This document shows, piece after piece, positions 9,976 to 18,280 of a stretch of 64,000 bases of DNA (its first letter is position 1; the number at the start of each line of letters is the position of its first letter). The notes below the pieces were generated by a model. That model ran no database searches. It saw only the letters and a program-made list of their open reading frames with translations, and was not told the origin of the DNA. The stretch covers positions 45,465-109,464 of the forward strand of contig CAJWLU010000006.1 in the NCBI GenBank assembly GCA_913043225.1, given 5' to 3'. The stretch is from an uncultured Acidobacteriota bacterium. GTDB taxonomy: Bacteria > Acidobacteriota > Vicinamibacteria > Vicinamibacterales > UBA8438. A program made the position numbers and the translations under genes.

Positions 9976-10593
9976 ATGAGGATTCGCGCACTTGCGGTGA
10001 TGCTGGTTATGACGGCTTGTGGCACGTCTGCTGCACACATGGCGCTGGCGCAAAACGCGATGGCCGAAGGTCTCCTCACAGACACGTGGGGTAATCCCCT
10101 TCAGGGTGTTGAGATAGAAGCCCGGCGGGCGGATGGCGGCGGCGCTCCGCGGACGGCTGAGACCGACGACGACGGCGAGTTCCGGATGATGGGTATGGAC
10201 TCTGCTACCTACGAGTTCACGTACCGGATCTTCGGGTATATTGGCGCCCGCCAGATCCGAGACGTCAGCCCAGGACGGAGGAGGGGGCGCCTGACTGCTA
10301 TCGAGCTCGAGCTTGACGGCAGTGGTCTATACCTTCAGGAAGAGCTCTCATTCGAAGCGGAGGGCGGAACGCCCAGCGTCACGCTCAAATCTGACGGCAT
10401 GTTCGAATTCGAAGACGCGGAAGGCGAGGGGGAAGGGAACTACTCTATCGAGGATCTGAGTGCCATTCTGATCGTGCGTGACTACGATGGCCCGGACGAC
10501 AAGTACTCGATCGCCGAGCCGGTCGTCGTAACGACCCCGGACAATTCGTTTTCGAGTCTTGCCTGGGGCGAGACGAGTCTCGCGAGGAACTAG
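9976..10593 (+). CDS. Small exported protein with carboxypeptidase-regulatory-like beta-sandwich segment
   Basis: ORF 9952-10593. ATG 9976 gives leader MRIRALAVMLVMTACG. GLLTDTWGNPLQGVEIEARR...TDDDGEFRMMGMDSATYEF resembles CarboxypepD_reg-type domains. The acidic C-terminal half is unrecognised. Confidence 0.5.
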   Translation: MRIRALAVMLVMTACGTSAAHMALAQNAMAEGLLTDTWGNPLQGVEIEARRADGGGAPRTAETDDDGEFRMMGMDSATYEFTYRIFGYIGARQIRDVSPGRRRGRLTAIELELDGSGLYLQEELSFEAEGGTPSVTLKSDGMFEFEDAEGEGEGNYSIEDLSAILIVRDYDGPDDKYSIAEPVVVTTPDNSFSSLAWGETSLARN

Positions 10594-10782
10594 GAGGCGC
10601 CAGCGCGCTGCACGATGGTGACAGGGTGTGCTGGGTAAGACGAAGTGACGGGCGCGTAGGCCGTGGCGCGGTTACTCGGGTGGCCCTATAACGAGGCCGA
10701 CCCCGAACGCCCACCTGTGTCGGCGAGAGTCGGAAAGATGGCCGATCTGTCTGGTGAAGCCTAGCTGTGGCGAGGGAGCAGC

Positions 10783-11241
10783 GTGAGCATCAAGAACGAG
10801 TTGCAGAACGAACTGGTGGATTCCCTGCGGGCGCAGGACCGCAATCGGGCCGACGTCGTGCGGCAGATCACAACCGAGGTGGCGCGGGCCATGAAGGCGC
10901 CCGGTTTCGAGGGAGACGAAGACGACGCCCTCTACCAGAAGACCATCGGGAGCTACGCCAAGAAGATGACTAAGGCGCTGGCCGACTATGACCGACTGGG
11001 TCAGTCAGATTCGGACCCCGCCGCGAAGCTGCGCTTCGAGGTGGACTATCTCGGGCGGTGGCTCCCGAAGGCGCTATCCGAGGAGGAGATTGTGGCGCTG
11101 GTGGACGAAGCTGTTCAGGCGGTCGGTGCCATGGATATGAAGGGCATGGGACAGGTCATGGGACACCTGAAGAAGGGCCATCCCGACCTGGACGGTGCGA
11201 TCGCCAGCCGGCTTGTCAAAGCCCGTCTGAGCGGCGGCTAG
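10783..11241 (+). CDS. GatB/YqeY-domain protein
   Basis: 152-aa ORF with GTG start and no signal peptide. The overall text and the C-terminal MGQVMGHLKKGHPDLDGAIASRLVKARL read like GatB/YqeY-domain proteins. Confidence 0.8.
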   Translation: MSIKNELQNELVDSLRAQDRNRADVVRQITTEVARAMKAPGFEGDEDDALYQKTIGSYAKKMTKALADYDRLGQSDSDPAAKLRFEVDYLGRWLPKALSEEEIVALVDEAVQAVGAMDMKGMGQVMGHLKKGHPDLDGAIASRLVKARLSGG

Positions 11242-11645
11242 TCGACGGAGAAGTGCTCCTTCGCCCGATAGAGCGCCACGGTTGGTACTAGGAAGACCGC
11301 GAAGGGGATAAGTCCCCCGAGTAACGATCCCTGCCGCGCTCCGAAGACCCCCATCGCGATGGCTACCTGCGCCGCGTACACCGCAGCCCAGGGCCACATC
11401 CACCGCTTCATCCTCCAGAAGCCGTAGGCGCCGGCCCCGTAGATGGCCCAGTGCAGTGGTTCGGTCGCCTTGGCCGCCCAGCCGGTGAGCATGAAGCCGA
11501 ACCATACCTCCTGGTCCTCGGCCACTGGTTTCAGAAAGATGTCGAAGGGCATGTAGACCAGCGTCATGAAGAGGCAGAAGGCAAAGAGCGGTTGCATCCA
11601 CCAGGGGCGCCGGCGCCACTGTGCCGCCAGATCCAGGGCTGCCAT
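11238..11645 (-). CDS. Small integral membrane protein, unknown function
   Basis: ORF 11238-11909(-). Start placed at ATG 11645 (AAAGGAG upstream). 135 aa with 3-4 Trp/Phe-rich hydrophobic helices. Its stop and the convergent YqeY stop share one CTAG tetranucleotide (11238-11241). Confidence 0.55.
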   Translation of the reverse strand: MAALDLAAQWRRRPWWMQPLFAFCLFMTLVYMPFDIFLKPVAEDQEVWFGFMLTGWAAKATEPLHWAIYGAGAYGFWRMKRWMWPWAAVYAAQVAIAMGVFGARQGSLLGGLIPFAVFLVPTVALYRAKEHFSVD

Positions 11646-11705
11646 CGATTGGCTCCTTTCTTCGCCAGCGTAGCCTACGGGCACCGAAGAGCGCCAGTCG
11701 ACGAC

Positions 11706-11711
11706 TATAAT
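11706..11711 (+). promoter_or_regulatory. Candidate -10 box TATAAT (context ACTATAATCGGC)
   Basis: Perfect TATAAT in the divergent intergenic region 11646-11755, 44 nt upstream of ATG 11756. Confidence 0.4.
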
Positions 11712-11755
11712 CGGCTCGTTCTCTCGTAGCAGCAAGATCGAAGGAGGTCGTCCGA

Positions 11756-12766
11756 ATGGGTCCCAAATTCTTCTCTCGAAGAGTCGCCCCACTGGTGCTG
11801 GCCGCGACATTTGGAGTGACGGTCTCCGCCTGGGTCCAACCGTCGGCCCAGGGGACGCTTCTGGTGTTACTGCGCGATTCGAGCCAGTTAGCCATCGTCG
11901 ACCCGACAACGGGTGAGACTCTGGCGAAGGTTCCGACTGGTCGCGACCCGCATGAGGTGACGGCGTCCGACGATGGACGACTGGCGTTTGTGGCCAGCAT
12001 GGTCGACGGGATCTCGGTGATCGATCTGGAGACCCGTGAGGAGGTCCGCCGAGTTGACCCTGGTCCCGGGAGCGAGACCCACGATCTGTTGTATCTCGAC
12101 GGTAAGGTCTATTTCACCATCGAGGGCTACAAGTCGATCGGGCGTTACGACCCGACGGAGGACACGATCGATTGGACCATCGGGATCGGCGAAGAGGGGG
12201 TGCACATGCTGGTGCACGACCCCAGAACAGGTAACCTGTTCACGCCAAACACTGGGTCGAATACGGTGACTATGATCGAGAATGCGACATCTGGACCGGC
12301 CGAGGCCAGAACCATCCATATCGATATTCCCGGGGAGACGCCGGAGGCGCTTGATCTGTCTCCGGATGGGAGCGAACTGTGGACCGCCACACGGGCGGAC
12401 GGCGGCGTCTCGGTAATCGATGTGGCTCGCCGCGAGGTGGTTGCCGATATGGACTTGGGGATGATTGACGCCAATCGGCTGCGCTTCACGCCAGACGGTC
12501 GGGTGCTGATCATTGACGGCGAGGCGGCCCAACTGCTGGTGATGGACTCGCGCTCGCGCGAGGTTGTCGAACGGGTCAGTCTGGGAGAGGTCGATACGGG
12601 TGACGGCGCCCTCCTGGTGGGACCCGACGGGCGCTATGCCTATGTCGGCCTTCGCGCGATCGATATGGTTGCGATTGTGAACCTTGAGACCTTGGAAGTC
12701 ACGATGGAACTGAGCTTCAGCGCTGGCGATGGTCCCGGTTGTATGTATTGGGTCAGACCGAGCTAG
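11756..12766 (+). CDS. YVTN/YncE-type beta-propeller protein, exported
   Basis: 336-aa ORF with a signal peptide. Repeats LAIVDPTTGETLAKVPTGRDPHEVTASDDGRLAFVA, ISVIDLETREEV and VSVIDVARREVV are typical of YVTN-family 7-bladed propellers. Confidence 0.7.
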   Translation: MGPKFFSRRVAPLVLAATFGVTVSAWVQPSAQGTLLVLLRDSSQLAIVDPTTGETLAKVPTGRDPHEVTASDDGRLAFVASMVDGISVIDLETREEVRRVDPGPGSETHDLLYLDGKVYFTIEGYKSIGRYDPTEDTIDWTIGIGEEGVHMLVHDPRTGNLFTPNTGSNTVTMIENATSGPAEARTIHIDIPGETPEALDLSPDGSELWTATRADGGVSVIDVARREVVADMDLGMIDANRLRFTPDGRVLIIDGEAAQLLVMDSRSREVVERVSLGEVDTGDGALLVGPDGRYAYVGLRAIDMVAIVNLETLEVTMELSFSAGDGPGCMYWVRPS

Positions 12767-12778
12767 GTGGGGAGCGCG

Positions 12779-14338
12779 ATGGCAAGGTTGAGGCGGGTGG
12801 GCCTAGCCTTCGCCACGGTCATCGCCTCGCTTGGTGGCTGCACGTCCCCGGAACGGCCATTGGTGCCGGTGGAGCCTCTTGAAGTCACCGAAGCCTCTAT
12901 CGCCGAATTGGGTGAGGCGATGGCGATGGGGCGGGTCACCTCTGAGGAACTGGTCGAGCGCTATCTTGCCCGAATCGGGGCTTACGACCAGCAAGGCCCG
13001 GCGCTGAATACCATCATCGCGTTGAATCCGGATGCGTCGGATGCGGCGCGTTCGTTGGATGAAGAACGGGCGGCGGGTAATGTCCGGGGCCCCCTACACG
13101 GCGTCCCCATCCTGATTAAAGACAACTACGACTTGGCAGGGATGCCCACGACGAACGGTTCAGTCGCATTGGCGGAACTGATGCCGCCAGATGACGGCTT
13201 CCAGGTGCGTCGGCTCAAGGAAGCCGGCGCAGTTATCCTGGGCAAGACGAATCTGCACGAGTTCGCGCGCGGCATCACGACGGTTGGCTCGAGAGCAGGG
13301 CAGACGCGGAACCCGTACGATACGGAGCGGAATCCCGGGGGGTCGAGCGGCGGAACGGGCGCGGCTGTAGCCGCCAGCTTTGCTGCAGTGGGCATGGGTA
13401 GCGATACCTGTGGGTCGATCCGGATTCCGTCCGCACACAACAACTTGACTGGCCTGCGCGGCACGCAGGGTCTATCTAGCCGAGACGGCGTGTTCCCACT
13501 GTCTCATACTCAGGATATCGCTGGACCTATGGCGCGGTCGGTCACGGACCTGGCCCTAGTGCTCGACGCGACAGTGGGGTCCGATCCAGCCGATCCGGCA
13601 ACGGCTGACGCTGACGCGAACATCCCAATTAGCTACGTGACCGGGCTCGACGCCGGAGCCTTGGCGTCGGCGCGGGTGGGGGTGCTTCGGGGCTACGTTC
13701 GCCAGGGCCCGGAAGATGATGCGGTGGGGGCGGTGTTTGATGGAGCTATGGAGGACCTGGCTCGTCTTGGTGCGGAGGTTGAAGTGGTCGCGATCGACGG
13801 CCTGGCGCAGTTGCTCGACAGCTATGTTGTTTTGAGCAGCGAGTTCAAATTCAGTGTGGAGGGGTATCTGGCCGCCGTCGAGGACGCTCCAGTTTCGACA
13901 CTGGACGCAATCATCGCGGATGGACGCTACGACGCCAGCATAGATGAGCGTCTGAACACCTCCAATGCCGTCACGACGCTTGACACGGCGGAGTATCTCG
14001 AGGCGTTTGCGCGTCGCGCGGAAACGGCCGCCCGGATCATTGCGGTGATGGATGAACGCGATCTGGATGCGTTGCTGTACCCGACCATGCGACAGGTGGC
14101 AGCGGAGATCGGTCGCCCGCAAGGCGGCGATAACTGTCGGATTAGCGCGAATACGGGTCTGCCAGCGCTAACCGTGCAGGCCGGGTTTACCGACGAAGGG
14201 ATGCCGGTCGGCCTGGAATGGCTGGGTCGTCCATGGTCGGAGTCCCGGTTGCTGGCCTTGGGCTATGCCTATGAGCAGGGTACTCGCCATAGGAGAGCGC
14301 CGGCGAGCACTCCTGTGCTGGGAGAGCGGGCGCAGTGA
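12779..14338 (+). CDS. Amidase (amidase-signature family), predicted lipoprotein
   Basis: ORF 12767-14338. ATG 12779 gives MARLRRVGLAFATVIASLGGC (lipobox). VPILIKDN catalytic Lys context and GGSSGGTGAAVAASFAAVGMGSDTCGSIRIPS signature. Confidence 0.88.
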   Translation: MARLRRVGLAFATVIASLGGCTSPERPLVPVEPLEVTEASIAELGEAMAMGRVTSEELVERYLARIGAYDQQGPALNTIIALNPDASDAARSLDEERAAGNVRGPLHGVPILIKDNYDLAGMPTTNGSVALAELMPPDDGFQVRRLKEAGAVILGKTNLHEFARGITTVGSRAGQTRNPYDTERNPGGSSGGTGAAVAASFAAVGMGSDTCGSIRIPSAHNNLTGLRGTQGLSSRDGVFPLSHTQDIAGPMARSVTDLALVLDATVGSDPADPATADADANIPISYVTGLDAGALASARVGVLRGYVRQGPEDDAVGAVFDGAMEDLARLGAEVEVVAIDGLAQLLDSYVVLSSEFKFSVEGYLAAVEDAPVSTLDAIIADGRYDASIDERLNTSNAVTTLDTAEYLEAFARRAETAARIIAVMDERDLDALLYPTMRQVAAEIGRPQGGDNCRISANTGLPALTVQAGFTDEGMPVGLEWLGRPWSESRLLALGYAYEQGTRHRRAPASTPVLGERAQ

Positions 14339-15246
14339 CGTCCCGGGTCTCAAAAGAGCGTGGCTGGAGCCGGGATGTTGCTGTCTGGAGTGGCATTGCC
14401 CTGCTGGTGGCCTGTGTTGTCGCCGTGGCACTCCCGGCCTCGACTGAGGCGCAGTCGAGGCCAGGAGACCTCGAAAGCCTCCTGACCCGTGCAGGAGCCC
14501 AACTCGAAGAGCACTATCAACGTGCCCAGCGGATCGTCTCGACCGAGAAGGTGTGGGTGCGGTCCTTCCACCGCAACATGCGGTCGAACGGGTCGCCCCG
14601 GCACATGGAGTTCGAGCATCGTGTGGAGTGGGACGCCGCGGGTGCCGGGCTACCGCCTACCGTGACGGTCTTCCGGGACCTTCTGCAGGTGGATGGGCGT
14701 TCGCCTACGGCGGATGATCGGGACGCTTGCCTGATGCCGGTGGAGGTCGACCAAGATCCCCTGGCGATGCTTCTTCCATATCGACAAAAGGAGTTTTCGT
14801 TTCGATTGGTCGGTGATGAACGGGTCGACGACCGCCAGACGACCCGGGTCGCCTACGAACCGCTCGAACAGGGGGACCCGAAGATTACTTGGGAGGACGA
14901 CTGTGTCTCGTTGGAACTCCCCGGACACTCGGCGGGCGAGCTCTGGATCGACCCCGAGACAGGCGACGTGGTCCGGTTGGACGAGCATCTGATGGGCCGT
15001 TTTGAGTTCAGAGAGCCGCCCGAGCGGGCCAGGGACATTCCCGCTCGTCTGACGCTCGAAAGGTCCGAACTCAGCATCCGATACAACCGGGTACGCTTTG
15101 AGGACCCACCAGAGACGCTCATGCTGCCGGAGGCGGTCGAGAGCAGTTGGACGTTGGTCGGGCCGAGCTTCGTGCCACGTTATGTGCGGCGGCAAGAGTT
15201 TTCGGACCATCGCCGGTTCGTGGGTGACGGTCGTATTGTGCGATAG
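14335..15246 (+). CDS. Hypothetical exported/anchored protein
   Basis: 303-aa ORF. GTG start overlaps the amidase TGA (GTGA, 14335-14338). One N-terminal hydrophobic segment (VAVWSGIALLVACVVAVALPASTEAQ). No family recognised. Confidence 0.6.
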   Translation: MTSRVSKERGWSRDVAVWSGIALLVACVVAVALPASTEAQSRPGDLESLLTRAGAQLEEHYQRAQRIVSTEKVWVRSFHRNMRSNGSPRHMEFEHRVEWDAAGAGLPPTVTVFRDLLQVDGRSPTADDRDACLMPVEVDQDPLAMLLPYRQKEFSFRLVGDERVDDRQTTRVAYEPLEQGDPKITWEDDCVSLELPGHSAGELWIDPETGDVVRLDEHLMGRFEFREPPERARDIPARLTLERSELSIRYNRVRFEDPPETLMLPEAVESSWTLVGPSFVPRYVRRQEFSDHRRFVGDGRIVR

Positions 15247-15256
15247 GCGTTCGAGA

Positions 15257-15268
15257 CTGATACCATCT
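15257..15268 (+). promoter_or_regulatory. Candidate extended -10 element CTGATACCATCT (TG-n-TACCAT)
   Basis: Lies in the 59-nt gap before the selenoprotein gene, 37 nt upstream of ATG 15306. The identical 12-mer occurs 42 nt upstream of ATG 49919. Fits the TGnTAnnnT pattern. Confidence 0.3.
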
Positions 15269-15305
15269 GACGGTTGAAAGTCGTGTGGTCACAGGGAGAT
15301 ACGCG

Positions 15306-16493
15306 ATGAAACGAGTGTTCATAGCCCTCGCCGCGGGGGTGTTGTTCTTCGTGGCAGGCGATGCACGGGCGCAGACCCAGCAGCCTGTCGAACCGGCGCA
15401 CGGTGTGCTCGATCCGGACGCCACCACTGACGATCTCGGGATCGACATCCCGATTCCGGTGTCATACCCCGCTCGGCGCTATCCCGCGTCGCACGATTTC
15501 CCAAGTGGACCCGGTATCGGCGAACGCCTACCTGAATTCTCGCTACCGAACCAACATGGGGAGTTGGTGGATTTCCACGCCGACCGTGGCGAATCAAAGT
15601 CGGTCGTGGTGTTCTACCGCTCGGCCGTATGGTGACCGTACTGCCGTACGCAGCTGGTCGAGCTGCAGGACAACTTGGAATTGTTTCAAGCGGAAGGCAT
15701 CAAGGTCTACGGCATCAGCTACGACACCTCCGAGCAGCTGCTCGCATTCGCGAGTGACTACGACGTGACCTACGACCTGTTGGCTGATGTCGACTCCGAG
15801 GTCATCAAGACATTCGGGATTCTAAATACCCTAATTGAACCGGATGACCCTGAGCAGAGTAGTGCGGGACGAGGCTTCTACGGCATGCCCTTCCCGGGTG
15901 TGTATGTCACAGACGGCAACGGCGTGGTGACCGAGAAGTTTTTTCATCGTCACTATGGCACCCGTGAGTCCGCCGGCGCGATCCGCGACTCGGCGCTCGG
16001 CGAGATCCTTGTTCGGCACGAAGTGCCCGTAGTGGAGCTAGCTAACGAGCAGGTCAAGATTTCGGCGTTCACGTCAGATCCGTCATTACAATTCGAGACG
16101 CAGACCATGGTCTACGTTCGATTCGAGCTGGAGGATGGATTGCACATGTACGGGCGTCCGCTTCCTGACGGCTACATTGCGTCGGAAGCGACCATCCCCG
16201 ATATTTCGGGCCTCCGGGTGGGCGAGGCGCGGTATCCACCCACGCATGAGCAAGAGTTTCCGCTCCTGGGCGTCACGTTGAATGTCTATGAGGGCGTTGT
16301 CGATGTGGCCATTCCGGTAACGCCGAACGCGGAGCGGTTCACGTCTCGGTTGTCGCAGGAGGTGGATATTCCGATTGAGGTGCTGTTCCAGGCCTGTAGC
16401 GACACCATCTGCTACACGCCGCGGACGGAAACATTGTCGGTGACCCTGCCGATCGAGCCTTTGCTGCGTTCGGGAGAATCAAGGAACCGGTGA
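15306..16493 (+). CDS. Exported thioredoxin-fold (AhpC/TSA-redoxin-like) + DsbD-N-terminal-like protein with in-frame UGA: predicted selenoprotein (U-x-x-C)
   Basis: ORF-track pieces 15285-15635 and 15675-16493 are in the same frame, interrupted only by TGA 15633-15635. ATG 15306 (GGGAGA upstream) gives signal peptide MKRVFIALAAGVLFFVAGDARAQ. The read-through text is SKSVVVFYRSAVW-[TGA]-PYCRTQLVELQDNLELFQAEGIKVYGISYDT. This is a W-C-x-x-C redox motif with TGA at the first Cys (codon 110 of 395). The C-terminal ~250 aa resemble the DsbD N-terminal domain (EVLFQACSDTICYTP). Confidence 0.75.
15646..15671 (+). other. Candidate bacterial SECIS hairpin
   Basis: Upper stem GCAGCT (15650-15655) pairs perfectly with AGCTGC (15661-15666). 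Apical loop GGTCG (15656-15660). Lower pairs C15649-G15668 (A15667 bulged), T15647-A15670 and G15646-C15671. The loop GGUC lies about 24-27 nt after the U of UGA. As I recall, the E. coli fdhF SECIS has the same loop sequence with G23/U24. Confidence 0.55.
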
Positions 16494-17077
16494 TGGTCGA
16501 GGACACGCTCGCACCGTATGTCATCGAGGAGGCCCGGTCGAGCCGTTCGCGATGTCGGACTTGCCGGAAGAAGATCGAGAAGGGAAAGCTGCGCCTCGGT
16601 ATTTTGCTGGAGGGCCCTTATGGCACCGGGTATCTCTGGCACCACCTGACCTGCGCGGCGAGACGAAGACTCGAGGACGTGGAGGCGGCCTACGCCCAGC
16701 CTGCGTTCGAGAAGGGCCTGAAGGTCCCGGCGCTTGAGAAGCTGCAGGCGCTACAGGAGAAGGCTGAGAAGGAGCGCGCCGACCGAAAGGAGTTGCCCTA
16801 CGTTGAGAAGGCGCCTACCGGACGGTCGAAGTGCAAGCGTTGCGGTGCAGGTATCGAGCAGGACAGTTTCCGCGTGGTGCTCGCCCGTGAGGTGGCCTTC
16901 GGTAGCCAGGTCCGGAGTGGCCCCATTAACGTGCATCCGAAATGTGTGGCCGAGGAACTCGACACCGAAGACTGTATGACCGAGGTAGAGGGCTTCGGCG
17001 AGGCGCTCCACGCGCACAGCGGCCTTGACGCCGCCACGGTCGACGCGGCTCTGGCCGAGATAGGTTCCCTGGGCTAG
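16493..17077 (+). CDS. Tandem PARP-type zinc-finger protein (no catalytic domain)
   Basis: ATG 16493 shares its A with the upstream TGA (16491-16493). Two C-x2-C-x(26-30)-H-x2-C units sit in zf-PARP-like text: YVIEEARSSRSRCRTCRKKIEKGKLRLGILLEGPYGTGYLWHHLTC and YVEKAPTGRSKCKRCGAGIEQDSFRVVLAREVAFGSQVRSGPINVHPKC. No signal peptide. Confidence 0.7.
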   Translation: MVEDTLAPYVIEEARSSRSRCRTCRKKIEKGKLRLGILLEGPYGTGYLWHHLTCAARRRLEDVEAAYAQPAFEKGLKVPALEKLQALQEKAEKERADRKELPYVEKAPTGRSKCKRCGAGIEQDSFRVVLAREVAFGSQVRSGPINVHPKCVAEELDTEDCMTEVEGFGEALHAHSGLDAATVDAALAEIGSLG

Positions 17078-17081
17078 ACGC

Positions 17082-17087
17082 TAGAAT
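17082..17087 (+). promoter_or_regulatory. Weak candidate -10 box TAGAAT
   Basis: In the 101-nt gap upstream of P2, 91 nt before ATG 17179. TAnnnT pattern only. Confidence 0.25.
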
Positions 17088-17178
17088 TTTAGGTGCCTTC
17101 GGCAAGGGATGGGTTTATCCGGCGGTAACCAAGAGTTGTCTCGATCGAGTGCCGACTAAGAAGCAAGGAGAGGATTCG

Positions 17179-18210
17179 ATGAGCAAGTGGCGCACGTCGA
17201 CCAGTGTCGTGGTCTTTACGTTGGCAATCGTGGTCGCGGGTCCGGTTCTCGCGCAGGAGGCATGGACTCTGCCGCGCACGGCAGACGGCGATCCCGAGAT
17301 CGGTGGGGTCTGGGACTTCCGTACGCTTACCCCGCTGCAGCGTCCTGGAGATGCGGCTGAGCAGCTGACTGATGAAGAGGCGGCGGCCATCGAGGAGCGT
17401 TCCCGCCAGGCGGCGATTGAGGCCGACCGGCCCAGCGAAATACGCACCGAACCACTGCCGGTCGGTGCGCCGGTGGGCGGCTATAACAACTTCTGGTTCG
17501 ACCGTGGTGCGGGTGTCGTCGATGACAACCGTACGTCGCTTATCGTTTCCCCGGCCAGCGGGCGCGTGCCGGCTCTGCAGCCGGGCGTCGAAATGGTACG
17601 GCTCTCGCTAGGCGAGGACATTCCGGGCGGACAGCCGGTGCGCGTCCGTGCGGCCGGCATCGGGGCCTCTCACTGGAAAGACCGCGGCCTGGCTGAGCGG
17701 TGCTTGCTGGGCTTTAATTCAGGGCCTCCCATCGTGCCGGCCGGTTACAACCAGAACTTTCAGGTGTTTCAGACCAAGGACCACGTGGTCATTCTGCACG
17801 AGATGGTGCACGACTCGCGGATCGTGCCGCTCGACCGGAGGCCGCACCTGCCCGAGAGCATTCGGCAGTGGATGGGTGATTCCCGGGGCTACTGGGACGG
17901 CGATACGCTGGTGGTGGAGTCGAAGAATTTTACGGACCAAACCTCGAGCTTCAGCCCGTCGGTGACCATGGCGGCCGGCGACGGTACCACGCTGAACCTG
18001 ACTGAACGGTTTACGCGGGTGGCAGACGATACGCTGCTGTATGAGTTTACCGTCGACGACCCACAGACGTTTACTGAGCCGATCGTGGCCCAGATTCCTG
18101 TGAAACGCGGCGATATGATGTTCGAGTACGCGTGTCACGAAGGCAATTATGGGCTGGATAACATCCTGCGCGGCGCCCGCGAAGCCGAGCTCGCGGCTGC
18201 CGGCCAGTAG
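17179..18210 (+). CDS. Exported protein of unknown function, EYACHEGNYG-motif family, paralog P2
   Basis: ORF 17149-18210. ATG 17179 is preceded by AAGGAGAGG. Signal peptide (VVVFTLAIVVAGPVLAQ). Same blocks as P1/P3/P4 and ends ...FEYACHEGNYGLDNILRGAREAELAAAGQ. Confidence 0.85.
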   Translation: MSKWRTSTSVVVFTLAIVVAGPVLAQEAWTLPRTADGDPEIGGVWDFRTLTPLQRPGDAAEQLTDEEAAAIEERSRQAAIEADRPSEIRTEPLPVGAPVGGYNNFWFDRGAGVVDDNRTSLIVSPASGRVPALQPGVEMVRLSLGEDIPGGQPVRVRAAGIGASHWKDRGLAERCLLGFNSGPPIVPAGYNQNFQVFQTKDHVVILHEMVHDSRIVPLDRRPHLPESIRQWMGDSRGYWDGDTLVVESKNFTDQTSSFSPSVTMAAGDGTTLNLTERFTRVADDTLLYEFTVDDPQTFTEPIVAQIPVKRGDMMFEYACHEGNYGLDNILRGAREAELAAAGQ

Positions 18211-18280
18211 GGAACGATTCAGCAGCTTGGGTGCCGCCAGACCGCCTTGGGGCGCGGCGGCGGCCACGTCTTCAGAAACC

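Noticed and set aside
15257-15268. The identical 12-mer CTGATACCATCT at 15257 and 49865 as a specific regulatory site.
   Set aside because: A repeated 12-mer is expected by chance many times in 64 kb. Only its similar position upstream of two start codons is suggestive, so it is kept as a low-confidence -10 candidate only.
15633-15635. TGA 15633-15635 as a simple nonsense mutation (pseudogene) rather than Sec.
   Set aside because: The stop falls exactly on the first Cys of a W-C-x-x-C motif. The downstream 285 codons stay open and family-like. A GGUC-loop hairpin sits at SECIS distance. A pseudogene cannot be fully excluded without the rest of the genome.
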